Assembly: GCA_963789395.1 (NCBI GenBank)
Contig: CAWBKP010000009.1
Location: 32,001-96,000, forward strand
Source: an uncultured delta proteobacterium
GTDB lineage: Bacteria > Desulfobacterota > Desulfobacteria > Desulfobacterales > Desulfatirhabdiaceae
Direction: 5' to 3'
Length of the DNA: 64,000 bases
The translations under genes were made by a program, and so were the position numbers. Under the pieces are notes generated by a model, which saw only the letters and a list, made by a program, of their open reading frames with translations, made no database searches and had not been told where the DNA came from. Positions 8,936 to 19,303 of the stretch are shown one piece after another; position 1 is the stretch's first letter, and every line of letters starts with the position of its first letter.

Positions 8936-8952
8936 TGGCAGCATTTTTGCAT
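8936..8952 (+). promoter_or_regulatory. Sigma54 (-24/-12) promoter
   Basis: TGGCAGCATTTTTGCAT: GG-N10-GC with TGGCA and TTGCA. Confidence 0.65.
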
Positions 8953-9414
8953 AAATTTAAAATACCCGAATCAAGGTGAATAGCAATTTAACAATCCAAA
9001 CCGGTATGCCCGGTACAAAATTTCAAAATGTATTTCATAATATGAGTCCTTGAGGGCAAAGTTAAATAAGCGTATTTTTCTTCGAGCCCCGGTTTTACAT
9101 GACAATTTTATTTTAAATCTGTTTCGAATCTCGGACTATTCTGACAAAAATCGTCAAAAGGACGTCAATAAATTGAAATTTTGTCCGAGAATTTTTGCGT
9201 GATTTGTTTAATTTCTTGTGAGGGGAAACCCCCAATGAAATTTTTCTGCACCGGCCTTTGGGGTCCGGATCCTATGACTCCTATTTGGGGGGGTTACAGA
9301 TAACCACTGAAGGTGAAAGGCCAGACAGGTATCATTTTGGTGAAACTGTATCCAGATATGCCCATTCAGCGGCTGAGTTTCTTATATTCATTTCGTCAAA
9401 AAAAGGGAGTAACA

Positions 9415-11583
9415 ATGAAATCGAAACTGAATCGAGGGAATTGGATTTTGATAGTCTTTATTTTTCTGACGGTGTTTTCTCAGCTCATTTCCGTTTCAAT
9501 TGCCGCACCCTTGAATCGTTACGGGGTTGAATCAGACAATCCTTACGTTACCAGGCGCTTTGTCCACGGCGCAAGATTCATTGATGAGGTGATTGTTCCG
9601 GGTCGCCCGCCAGAAAATTATCAGGCTCAAGATGCTATTTTATTCGAATCCAGTTCAGCTGTTGGACCAAACCTGCTTTCAAATGTTCCTGCATTCGATT
9701 GGAGTTATGGCTGTTCTGCTACCTCTGCAGCCATGATGTTCGGGTATTACGACAATACGGGGTACCCGAATCTTTATACCGGACCGACCAATGGCGGTGT
9801 AATGCCCCATGACCAATGCCGTATGGGGCCCGGGGGAGTGTCCGTTAAGTGCTACACGTCAGGGACTTGACGCGCGAACACAAAGGGGCATGTGGATGAT
9901 TATTGGATTTCGTATGGATCCACTGCCCCAGATCCTTATATCAATAATAATGGCCCGAACACACCCAGGGGGAATGCACCGGCGATTTCATGGGTACCAA
10001 TCAATCCAGCAAATCAAATATTGATGGATCGACCTCGTTTTTTTTCGCAACGAACGGCAGTCCGCTATATGATTATTCCGGCTCAGAACCCAGCCGGCGG
10101 GATGGATGTCACGGCATGAAGCTTTTTTTTGAGAGCCGTGGATACACTGTAAATTCGAATTATTCTCAATATATTAAGGGATATAATGGCAATATCAATG
10201 GGTTTACATTCTGCACAGTACAAGCAGGAAATCGATGCCGGAAGACCGGTACTGATCCAGTTGAATGGTCATACCATGCTGGGATACGGGTATAATGACA
10301 CGGGTTCACTGATTTATTTTCATGATACCTGGAATTATTTATCCCATGAAATGACTTGGGGAGGAAGTTATTCGGGAATGCAGCATTATGGCGTGACTGT
10401 TTTTATTCCGACCCAAGCACAGGCACAAACAGTTGCTTTGACCGCAAGTGCCGGACCCGGCGGTACCATCAGCCCGACCGGATCGGTTTCGGTAACTTAT
10501 GGCTCCAACAAGACGTTCACCATAACACCTTCCACCGGCTATTCCGTATCCAGTGTTCGGGTGGACGACATTGCCATTACCACAATTCCGGCAACCGGCG
10601 GCACCTATACCTTCACCAATATCACGGCATCACATACCATTTCCGCCACCTTTAAGCTGATAACAAGGTCCTCAAGGACAAGTCCAGTATCGAGAACAAG
10701 TCCAGTGCCGAGAACAAGTCCAGTGCCGAGAACACCCAGGAGCTGGGTTACAAATCTGTGGTCCCAAACGCCCTCTTCTTCAACATCAGGGATGCTTGCA
10801 TCCGGAAAAGTGGATTCCGATAATGAAGAGGACCTGATCGCCACCTGGCCCTCGGGTTTGTATGTGCGACTGTCTACTTCCGGGCAGTGGGTCCGCCTGA
10901 GCCAAACACCGCCTGACTGGATTACCGCCGCCGATCTGAATGATGACGGCCTTGACGACATCATCGGCAGCTGGCCGGATGATGGCGTGTACGCCCTGGA
11001 TTCTGCAACCTGCAAATGGACCAAACTCGCGATACCGGCCCGGCAGCTGATTGTTGCCAATATCAGCGGCAATGGCAGTGATGATCTGGTGGGTGTTTGG
11101 GATTCCGGTCTGTGGGTGCGTTGGAGCACCGATTCCACGTGGCAGAAAATCGATGAATCGATTCCGGTCTGCATTGCAGCCGCTGACATGACCGGTAACG
11201 GTCAGTCAGATATCATCGCCAGCAACGAAAGCGGCACTTGGTACCGTGATTCGTCTTCTGAAACCTGGAAATATATTGCCCTACCGGCCGAGCAGCTGAT
11301 CACAAGCGATATTGACGGAGACGGCCTGGATGATTTGGTAGGCATCTGGCCGGACGGCGTTTGGGCAAGATATGGCGGGACAGGGAAGTGGCAACACATC
11401 ACGACATCCAAGCCATTGCCGCTCGAAACCGGCAGAATTTCAAACACCATCCAACCCAGCGGTTCGACTGCCGATCCGTCAGCCTCGGGCAAGGAAGTTG
11501 TAGACCTGTCCGATCAAGGACCAGGGAGTCCCTCCGCAAGGGAAATGGTTGTTTTGGAGGTAGACGGCCCTTGTCAAAAATAG
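9415..11583 (+). CDS. Large secreted protein: papain-like (C39/C10-type) cysteine peptidase domain, Ig-like repeat, S/P/T linker, FG-GAP/VCBS repeats (frameshifted)
   Basis: Signal peptide; WSYGCSATSAAMMFGYYD (catalytic Cys), GRPVLIQLNGHTMLGYGY (His), HDTW; ASAGPGGTISP...TFTNITASHTISATF repeat; repeated ADLNDDGLDDIIG / DIDGDGLDDLVG. Confidence 0.75.
10675..10734 (+). repeat. 18-bp in-frame tandem repeat (about 3.3 copies) encoding RTSPV(S/P)
   Basis: aggacaagtccagtatcg / agaacaagtccagtgccg / agaacaagtccagtgccg / agaaca. Confidence 0.9.
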
Positions 11584-11742
11584 CTTTACTTTCGTAAGCG
11601 GGAAACAAATAACAACCTTCGATGTGAAGTCGTTTAGTGACGGATGGCAGCGCAAACTGAATCCCTGCCCCAAGAACACTTGGGGCAGCCCCTCATTACA
11701 GGAAACCTGGCCTGCCGAAGACACCAACCAAGAGGATATTGA

Positions 11743-12549
11743 ATGGGAGAACTGGAAACGCTTCTGGAAATCATCCAGGATGTGTCTGCCGGAAAATATT
11801 CCAACGACATCATGTCCCTGACCGGACCCGATACACCCGAGCCGATTCGAATGGTTGCAGAAGCCATGGGACTGATGATGGTCAAGGTGGAGGCCAGGGA
11901 ATATCATCTGGAGATGCTCGTTTCAGAGCTGAAGTCGCTCAACGAAAAAATCCGCAGAAACACGATCAACACCGTATCCACCATGGCAAATGCCCTTGCT
12001 GCCAGAGACCCCTATACAAAAGGCCACACGGAACGGGTTGCCGATCTGTCCGAGCAGATCGCAAGGGAAATGGGACTTGAGGGCAAGGATGTCGAATATA
12101 TCCGCCTGGGCGGGTTGCTGCATGACATCGGGAAAATCGGTTTCCCGGATGAATTGTTTCAACCGCATCAGGCAAAGAACCCGCCGGAAATCGTAAAGCG
12201 GATTACCAAACATCCTGAAGTCGGTGCGGAAATATTGCGGGAACTGGACTTTCTGGGACCGGCACTGGAATATGTCCGATCCCACCACGAGCGTCCGGAC
12301 GGCAAAGGGTACCCGAATCGATTGCGGGATGCCGACATCCCGCTGGGCGCCAAAATCATCGCCGTGGCCGATTCATTCGATGCCATGACAACGGAACGCC
12401 CCTATCAGAAGGCCATGACGCCCAATGCCTCTCTGGAAATATTTCAACGCAATGCCGGGACGAAATGGGATGCAGAATGCATTGCAGCCCTGGGGCGATA
12501 CCTGGCCAAGCCCGCCCTCAACCCATCAGCGGCGAAAGCCGAAGCTTGA
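11743..12549 (+). CDS. HD-GYP domain c-di-GMP phosphodiesterase
   Basis: RDPYTKGHTERV, LLHDIGKIG, HHERPDGKGYP and VADSFDAMT motifs. Confidence 0.92.
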   Translation: MGELETLLEIIQDVSAGKYSNDIMSLTGPDTPEPIRMVAEAMGLMMVKVEAREYHLEMLVSELKSLNEKIRRNTINTVSTMANALAARDPYTKGHTERVADLSEQIAREMGLEGKDVEYIRLGGLLHDIGKIGFPDELFQPHQAKNPPEIVKRITKHPEVGAEILRELDFLGPALEYVRSHHERPDGKGYPNRLRDADIPLGAKIIAVADSFDAMTTERPYQKAMTPNASLEIFQRNAGTKWDAECIAALGRYLAKPALNPSAAKAEA

Positions 12550-13816
12550 TAAAGGAAGACACCGCGCCATAAGCTGTGACAATGGCAAGCCCTGATCCGC
12601 ATTTCTGGCGTATCCAGTCCTGATGCGCCAGAATGGAGCCTGCGGCAAAGAGGGTTGAAAACGCGGGATTTCCGGATGCATCCAGCGGGCGGAAATGCGC
12701 ATCGATTTCAAGCCCTGCCTGGTGGATGGGATGACCCTTTGGATCCAGAAAATCCATTTGATACCAACTGGACCGTGTAACCGGTTGAAATACCGGCAGG
12801 TCAAAGAGCGGCTCACGGACCCGTTTTCGGTCCGCGATCAATCCTTTTCCAAAAAAACGCCCGATAGCCAGCAGAACGCCCCTGCACCGTATTTGCTGCC
12901 CCCGGCTGATGCCGCCCGCAATATCCAGCAGGAATTCATTATCCGGCTCCGGCGTTACGGCAGTGACCCGCTGCTGCAGAAACTGCCGGACCCCTTTTTC
13001 AGGTAGCGCTTTTTCAAACATCTCTTTAAGCCTCAGCCCCGGTACAGAAGGCGGCAGGGTGGGAATCTCAAATATTCCGGCGCCAAGCAGGGCTTCCAGA
13101 TCCGCCTGAACCTCCAGACTGCGGTGAATGCCCAGGATTGCCGGAAGTCCCACGATCTTGGCATTCTGTATATGGGGCAGAAGGATTGCCGCCAGTTTCT
13201 TACGGCTGACACGGGACTCAAGAGATCTGGCCATATACTCGGGAAAGATTTCTCCCAGATGCCCAGAATCCGGAAACGCAATACGGGCGGACCGGAGATC
13301 CGGCCAGTTTTCTCTCAGGTTATCCACGATTTGATGGGCACTGAATCCCTTCAGGCCCTGGATATCCACAATCAGGCCAGGCGGTTTTTCCCGTAGAGCC
13401 AACACCGCATTTTTCATGGTCTGGGGGACACAGCCGGTAAGTTTCAAGGTTCCCTGAGGCGTCATCATTTCAAGGTTGTTCGCTGTTTCCCGGTAATGGG
13501 GAACCCCGGAATCCTTCACAAAAGAAAGATATTCGTCCATCGCGGATTGCATTTCATTTTCAGTCAGCCGGGCATAGGGGTGATCGGGACAATCCTGAAC
13601 CAGCGCGCGTATTCCGGCCCAGGGATTCGTCCACGGCTTTTTTTCTGAAATGGGATGGATACCCAAAATATCCAGAAAACCGCTTGCAAATATGATTTCA
13701 CCGGTAACGCCGATCTGAACGGTTTTGAGTCCGCGATTTGCCGCAAACATCGCCGCTGCCATACCGGTCATTCCGGCACCGATTACCGCCAGATCACAAG
13801 AAACGATTTGGGTCAT
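12518..13816 (-). CDS. glpB: Anaerobic glycerol-3-phosphate dehydrogenase subunit B
   Basis: FAD-binding GAGMTG, EIPTLPPSVPGLRL, AAGSILAH...CGSGLAI; directly downstream of glpA. Confidence 0.9.
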   Translation of the reverse strand: MTQIVSCDLAVIGAGMTGMAAAMFAANRGLKTVQIGVTGEIIFASGFLDILGIHPISEKKPWTNPWAGIRALVQDCPDHPYARLTENEMQSAMDEYLSFVKDSGVPHYRETANNLEMMTPQGTLKLTGCVPQTMKNAVLALREKPPGLIVDIQGLKGFSAHQIVDNLRENWPDLRSARIAFPDSGHLGEIFPEYMARSLESRVSRKKLAAILLPHIQNAKIVGLPAILGIHRSLEVQADLEALLGAGIFEIPTLPPSVPGLRLKEMFEKALPEKGVRQFLQQRVTAVTPEPDNEFLLDIAGGISRGQQIRCRGVLLAIGRFFGKGLIADRKRVREPLFDLPVFQPVTRSSWYQMDFLDPKGHPIHQAGLEIDAHFRPLDASGNPAFSTLFAAGSILAHQDWIRQKCGSGLAIVTAYGAVSSFIKLRLSPLMG

Positions 13817-13822
13817 TCCGAT

Positions 13823-15391
13823 TCAGTTCCCATGTTGAAGTTCCAGATTCAGCAGCCCGCACTGAAGGGCTTCCTGTAGCTCGGCCTGCATGAGCTGCTC
13901 ACCCCAGAGAACCGGGCGAAGCCCTTTCCATCGTTCCCGCAGAAAGCCGCTGATGCAGGTCAGCTCCCGATCGGAATACGCGGCATCCCGGTCATGAAGA
14001 TAAGCGGAAACCCGCAAACTGCAAAAGGCCCCCTGGCAGGGGCCTTTCCCGATCCGACTTCTGAGTGAAATGGATCTGAGATCCGGTTTTATATGCTGAT
14101 CCTGAATCGTTGAGATCACACCTTCCACCACGCTTTTGGGAACCATTTCGCACTCGCACAGCAGCATATCCCCGACGTCATGGGCCTTGAGCCAGAGTTT
14201 CGGCGACAGACCGGGCTCACTCCAGCGGCATTCCGGGCTTGCGGGAAGGGGCTGGGTCCGGGTCAGACAGGGAGTTGATATTCCCAGACGGTGGCAGACC
14301 AGATCCGCGCATTTTTCAGCCATCAGCCGGTACGTCGTCAACTTGCCGCCGGCAATGGTGATAAAATTGGCAAGTCCGTCTTTTTCATGATCCAGAACGG
14401 CAAATCCCCTGCTTTGGGAACGGCCGCCGTTTTCCGCATGGCTTCCCATCAGAGGCCGGACACCGGCATAGGCCCGGATATAGCGGGCCGACTCCAGTGC
14501 CGGAATCATTTGCGAAGCCTGATCGACGATTCTGTCGATTTCGGGAATGGAAGGATGGGCCAGATCCGGCGCATCGATCTGAACCGATGTCGTCCCGAGA
14601 AGGGATACGGTTCCACCGGGTACCAGAATATCCCCGTCCCCGGGAGGCCGCAACCGGTTGATGACCCGCCGGGTGATCCGGTCCGATGTGACCAGAAGCG
14701 ATCCCTTGGAATACACCATGGGGATGGAAATGCCGGCAAGGGCGGCAATCTCGGCTGCCCAGGCTCCGGTCGCATTGATGACCTGGTCGGTTTCTATAAA
14801 TACTTCCTCGCCGCTTTCCGTGTGTTTCAGCCGCACCCGGCGAATCCGCCCCTTTTCCGTCTTGAACTCCAGCACCTGGTGACGGCAGAGCAGGGTTGCC
14901 CCCAGTTTCCGGGCATGGGAGATGTTTTCCAGGGAAAGCTTGAACGGATCAATCGAAGCATCCGGTGTGAGATATGCGGCGATCACCCGGTCTGAAAGTT
15001 CCGGTTCCAGTTCCCTGGCCAACTTGGGATCTATCGCCTCCAGGGGGATGCCGCAACGGGCGCACAGCTTCGGAAATTCCTCAATATAAGCGGCGTCATC
15101 CCCTTCGATGGCCACAAACATCCCGCCGGTGTCTTCCACGCAGTGGGGCGCCAATGCTTTGAGAAGCAGGTTTTCCTCCCGGCATTCCATTGCAGTCATG
15201 ACGTCATTCAGGACATAACGCGCACCGCTGTGCAACAGGCCGTGATTGCTTCCCGATGCGCCGGCATTGATGTCTGCGCGTTCGACCAGGATACAGGCGA
15301 CACCCCGAAGGGCAAGGTCCCGGGCGATTCCCGTGCCGGTTGCTCCGCCCCCGATGATCAGGGCCTGGGTTTTATGAAATTGTGTCAACAA
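13823..15391 (-). CDS. glpA: Anaerobic glycerol-3-phosphate dehydrogenase subunit A
   Basis: GGGATG, NHGLLHSGARY, GGKLTTYRLMAE, C-terminal CECE...GPCQGAFC [2Fe-2S] motif. Confidence 0.93.
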   Translation of the reverse strand: MLTQFHKTQALIIGGGATGTGIARDLALRGVACILVERADINAGASGSNHGLLHSGARYVLNDVMTAMECREENLLLKALAPHCVEDTGGMFVAIEGDDAAYIEEFPKLCARCGIPLEAIDPKLARELEPELSDRVIAAYLTPDASIDPFKLSLENISHARKLGATLLCRHQVLEFKTEKGRIRRVRLKHTESGEEVFIETDQVINATGAWAAEIAALAGISIPMVYSKGSLLVTSDRITRRVINRLRPPGDGDILVPGGTVSLLGTTSVQIDAPDLAHPSIPEIDRIVDQASQMIPALESARYIRAYAGVRPLMGSHAENGGRSQSRGFAVLDHEKDGLANFITIAGGKLTTYRLMAEKCADLVCHRLGISTPCLTRTQPLPASPECRWSEPGLSPKLWLKAHDVGDMLLCECEMVPKSVVEGVISTIQDQHIKPDLRSISLRSRIGKGPCQGAFCSLRVSAYLHDRDAAYSDRELTCISGFLRERWKGLRPVLWGEQLMQAELQEALQCGLLNLELQHGN

Positions 15392-15403
15392 ATCCCTCCC
15401 TTA

Positions 15404-16510
15404 TCAGTAGATTGCCAGGGTCGTTGCCGCGTCAAAAATATGAAGCTGGTTGAGGTTCAGGGCAACCCTGACCTGATCATCCAGGCGGATCATGCTTTTC
15501 CCGTCGCACCGGGCGATAAATGACGCCCCATCAAAGCGGATGTGGACATGGGACTCGTTTCCAAGAGGCTCGACCACATCCACAATGCCATTAATCTTCC
15601 AGGTTTCCGGAAACGGCCCTTCGCTGTCCGCCACGATGAGGTCTTCCGTGCGAAGTCCCATGATAACCGGCTGACCTTCCTCAAACGCCCTTCCAGAAAG
15701 CAGCGGCTTATCCGGAACCGGAACCTGAAATTTCCCGCTGAAGTCCAGATTCCACCCCGTGTCGTTTTTAACCATGCGTGCGGGAACCAGGTTCATGGGA
15801 GGGCTCCCGATAAAGCCCGCCACAAACGTATTTGCCGGATTCTGAAACAGCTCGATGGGGTTTCCCACCTGTTCGATATGTCCGTCCCGAAGCACCACGA
15901 TACGATCCGCAAGGGTCATGGCCTCCACCTGGTCGTGGGTGACATAAATGACCGTGGACTGCACCCTGTGGTGCAGCCGTTTGATTTCCGCGCGCATCTG
16001 GGTTCGAAGCTTGGCATCCAGGTTGGAAAGCGGTTCATCGAACAAAAAAACCGCCGGCTTTCGCACAATGGCCCTTCCCATTGCCACCCGCTGGCGCTGA
16101 CCGCCGGAGAGCTCAAAAGGCTTTCGCAGCAACAACTGTTCCAGACCCAGAATTTCCGCGGCTTCCTGAACCCGTGAGTTGATTTCATCCCGCGGCGTTT
16201 TCTTGAGCTTCAGTCCAAAAGACATGTTATCCATCACGTTCATGTGCGGATACAGGGCGTAATTCTGAAACACCATCGCGATATTCCTGTCCTTGGGAGC
16301 AATGTCGTTGACCACGCGATCGCCGATACGGATCACGCCGGCGGTGATTTTCTCAAGTCCGGCGACCATCCGCAGAATGGTGGATTTCCCGCACCCCGAC
16401 GGGCCCACCAGAACAATGAATTCCCTGCTCTCGATACAAAGGGATACGCCATGAACGACTTCAACCTTTCCGAACTGCTTGACCACCTGCTCCAGTATAA
16501 CATTAGCCAT
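15404..16510 (-). CDS. ugpC: sn-glycerol-3-phosphate ABC transporter ATP-binding protein
   Basis: [34 protein letters not shown] and TOBE tail; located beside glpA and ugpBAE. Confidence 0.88.
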   Translation of the reverse strand: MANVILEQVVKQFGKVEVVHGVSLCIESREFIVLVGPSGCGKSTILRMVAGLEKITAGVIRIGDRVVNDIAPKDRNIAMVFQNYALYPHMNVMDNMSFGLKLKKTPRDEINSRVQEAAEILGLEQLLLRKPFELSGGQRQRVAMGRAIVRKPAVFLFDEPLSNLDAKLRTQMRAEIKRLHHRVQSTVIYVTHDQVEAMTLADRIVVLRDGHIEQVGNPIELFQNPANTFVAGFIGSPPMNLVPARMVKNDTGWNLDFSGKFQVPVPDKPLLSGRAFEEGQPVIMGLRTEDLIVADSEGPFPETWKINGIVDVVEPLGNESHVHIRFDGASFIARCDGKSMIRLDDQVRVALNLNQLHIFDAATTLAIY

Positions 16511-16565
16511 GATACGGTCCTATTTTAGGATATAAATGATATCTGAACAGAGCGTTAGTTCAGGC

Positions 16566-16711
16566 GAAATCCGAATATCGAAATTCCAAATCCGAAACAA
16601 CTTCAAAATCAAAATATCAACACTGCTAAACCACCAGTTCGAAAACAAGTCGTCATACGCATTAATTTTATTGAAATTTTGGCCTTGTTGCGAATTTCAT
16701 GCTTCGAATTT
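16566..16711. repeat. Palindromic heptamer-based intergenic element, copy 1
   Basis: GAAATCCGAATATCGAAATTCCAAATCCGAAACAACTTC ... TTGCGAATTTCATGCTTCGAATTT; similar to 20257-20387. Confidence 0.8.
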
Positions 16712-16973
16712 AAGGCATTCGCTCTGACGTCATATTCTGTAACATCGAGTGTTAAAAACCATGTTTCCAGGGTTCAAGTCAAGCATTCTTTATCAATCGC
16801 AGAAGATGCGTCCGTTTGCTGCATGGCACCGGTCGTCAAGATTTAATCTTGACTCAAATGGATATTGCCGTTATAGGCCATAGAGATAAACAATCGTCAA
16901 TTTATGCCGCATCCAAGATATTGTCCACAGTCAATTGATCTATCCGAATCACTTTTCCAAAAGGAGGGTTTAA

Positions 16974-18287
16974 ATGAAACTAAGACAGTTTACAGGTGTT
17001 CTGGCAATGGGGATTCTGACGTTTTTTCTGGCATCGGATTTGATGGCCGCTCCCGTTGAAATACAGTTCTGGCATGCACAAAGAGGTCCACGGGAGGAGA
17101 CACTGAATAAAATTGTGGACGCCTACAACAAATCCCAGACAAAATTTCAGGTCGTCGCATCCTACAAAGGCTCTTATGACGAAACCATGAATGCCGGCAT
17201 TGCGGCTTTCCGGTCAAAAAAACAGCCGCACATTCTTCAGGTCTATGAAGTCGGAACCCAGACCATGATGCTTTCAAATGCCATTTACCCGGTATTCAAC
17301 CTGATGAAGGATACGGGTCACAAAATCGACTGGAAATCCTATCTCCAGCCGGTTCTCTCCTATTATGTCTCGTCAAAGGGCGAACTGCAGTCCATGCCGT
17401 TTAACTCCTCGACACCGATCATGTATTACAACAAGGACCTTTTCAAGAAAGCCGGAATCGCCGGCCCACCCAGGACCTGGGACGAAATGGGCGAATGCAC
17501 CAAAAAGCTGGTGGACTCCGGCGTCGAATACGGCATGACGACGGCCTGGCAGACCTGGGTCATGATCGAAAACTACAGCGCCATCCAGAACATTCCGCTT
17601 GCCACCAAAGCCAACGGATTTGACGGACTGGACACCCAGCTGACCATCAACAATCCCATGGTGATACACCACATGGAACGGCTGAAGACCTGGCTGGATG
17701 ACAAACGATTCACATATGAGGAACGGGAGTATAAAGGCCCGGAAGCTGCCTTCATCTCCGGCAAATGCGCCATTCTGATGGACAGCATCAGCGCCATCGG
17801 GGCCTTGAAGAAAAACGTCAAATTCGACTGGGGCGCGGCCCCCCTTCCGGTGGAAGCCTCCATGAAAGACCCCCAGAACAGCATCATCGGCGGCGCATCC
17901 CTGTGGGTGTTAAAAGGCCACCCCAAGGCGGAATATCAGGGCGTTGCGGATTTTCTTGCTTTTCTGGCAAACGAGGACATGCAGATTCTCTGGCACAAGG
18001 AAACCGGCTATTTCCCCATTACTCTGACGGCTTACAACAAACTGAAGGCCGACGGTTACTACCAGCAGGAACCGCTTCAGGAAGTGGGAATCCTTCAGAT
18101 GACCCGCAGAGACCCCACCGTGAATTCTCGGGGAATCCGGCTGGGAAGCTTTCCCCAGATCCGCGATGTCATGAACGAAGAGCTGGAAATGCTCTGGCAG
18201 GGCAAAAAAACCGCCAAGCAGGCACTGGATGAAGCAGTCAGCAGAAGCAACGAGATCCTAAGTCAATTTGCGAAGCGCAGCAAATAA
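16974..18287 (+). CDS. ugpB: sn-glycerol-3-phosphate ABC transporter substrate-binding protein
   Basis: EIQFWHA, YKGSYDETMNAGIAAFR, PHILQVYEVGT, MPFNSSTP, PQNSIIGGASLWV; RBS AGGAGG. Confidence 0.92.
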   Translation: MKLRQFTGVLAMGILTFFLASDLMAAPVEIQFWHAQRGPREETLNKIVDAYNKSQTKFQVVASYKGSYDETMNAGIAAFRSKKQPHILQVYEVGTQTMMLSNAIYPVFNLMKDTGHKIDWKSYLQPVLSYYVSSKGELQSMPFNSSTPIMYYNKDLFKKAGIAGPPRTWDEMGECTKKLVDSGVEYGMTTAWQTWVMIENYSAIQNIPLATKANGFDGLDTQLTINNPMVIHHMERLKTWLDDKRFTYEEREYKGPEAAFISGKCAILMDSISAIGALKKNVKFDWGAAPLPVEASMKDPQNSIIGGASLWVLKGHPKAEYQGVADFLAFLANEDMQILWHKETGYFPITLTAYNKLKADGYYQQEPLQEVGILQMTRRDPTVNSRGIRLGSFPQIRDVMNEELEMLWQGKKTAKQALDEAVSRSNEILSQFAKRSK

Positions 18288-18295
18288 ATCCGGAT

Positions 18296-18375
18296 TTAAG
18301 ACCGAAGGCTGAAGACTGAAGGACAAAAGAGAACAGCTAACAGCAGGTTCTTCCGTCTTCAGCCTGAACACCTGT
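18296..18375. repeat. Heptamer-repeat hairpin element (CTGAAGR family)
   Basis: ttaagac cgaaggc tgaagac tgaagga ... gtcttcagcctgaacacctg. Confidence 0.65.
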
Positions 18376-18407
18376 TGTCACCCACTTGAAGGTTATCGCG
18401 ATTATCC

Positions 18408-19298
18408 ATGCTGAAACGTTCTTTTTTTTCCAGCAAATACCTGCCTTACCTGTTGATTCTGCCCCAGACACTTGTCATTTTGACATTTTTCTACTGGCCG
18501 GCAACCCAGGCGCTTTTCCAGTCCTTTATGCTGAGCGATCCTTTTGGTGTAAATTCCCAGTTTGTATGGCTGGATAATTTCAGCCGCCTGTTTACAGATC
18601 ACCTATATTGGAAATCCATCGGCATTACATTTTTTTTCAGTTTTTCAACCGCTCTGCTGTCCATTTCAACCGGGCTCCTGGTGGCTGCCATGGCCAACCG
18701 GGCATTAAAAGCCAAAGCGGTTATCCGGACGTTTCTGATCTGGCCCTATGCCATTGCCCCGGCCATCTCCGGAATTGTGTGGCTGTTTCTGTTTCATCCT
18801 TCTTTCGGCGTAATCGCATACTCGGTCATGCGCTGGTTCGGTATTCACTGGAACCCGATTCTGGACGGAAACGACGCACTGTTTCTGGTGATTATCGCCA
18901 GCGCCTGGAAGCAGATCAGCTATAATTTTGTTTTTTTCATCGCAGGGCTTCAGTCCATTCCCAAATCACTGATCGAGGCCGCTGCCATTGACGGCGCAAG
19001 CCCCCTTCGCCGTTTCTGGGTGATCACCTTTCCCCTGCTGTCCCCTACCCTGTTTTTTCTTCTGGTCATGAACGTGGTATACGCATTTTTCGAAACCTTC
19101 GGCATCATCCACACGGTCACCCAGGGAGGACCTGGCGGCGCCACCATGACCATGGTCTATAAGGTTTACAAGGACGGCTTCGTGGGGCTGGACCTGGGAT
19201 CATCCGCAGCCCAGTCGGTCGTTCTGATGATCGTGATCGTTACCCTGACAGCCCTGCAGTTCAAATATGTGGAAAAAAAGGTGCAGTACACGGGATAA
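18408..19298 (+). CDS. ugpA: sn-glycerol-3-phosphate ABC transporter permease
   Basis: LPYLLILPQ, WKQISYNF, EAA loop (LIEAAAIDGA), DLGSSAAQSV. Confidence 0.92.
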   Translation: MLKRSFFSSKYLPYLLILPQTLVILTFFYWPATQALFQSFMLSDPFGVNSQFVWLDNFSRLFTDHLYWKSIGITFFFSFSTALLSISTGLLVAAMANRALKAKAVIRTFLIWPYAIAPAISGIVWLFLFHPSFGVIAYSVMRWFGIHWNPILDGNDALFLVIIASAWKQISYNFVFFIAGLQSIPKSLIEAAAIDGASPLRRFWVITFPLLSPTLFFLLVMNVVYAFFETFGIIHTVTQGGPGGATMTMVYKVYKDGFVGLDLGSSAAQSVVLMIVIVTLTALQFKYVEKKVQYTG

Positions 19299-19303
19299 GC
19301 AAC

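Noticed and set aside
9227..9296. Fluoride or c-di-GMP riboswitch
   Set aside because: Only ATGACTCCTA resembles the fluoride 3' end; the 5' GATGGAGT pseudoknot partner and the GEMM motifs are missing.
10675..10734. CRISPR-like array
   Set aside because: Units are contiguous 18-mers without spacers, in frame within a CDS; no cas genes are present.
11645..11716. c-di-GMP-I riboswitch upstream of the HD-GYP gene
   Set aside because: There is a perfect hairpin (CTGCCCCAAG-AACA-CTTGGGGCAG), but the GEMM P1/P2 tetraloop-receptor pattern is absent; more likely a terminator or stabilising stem.
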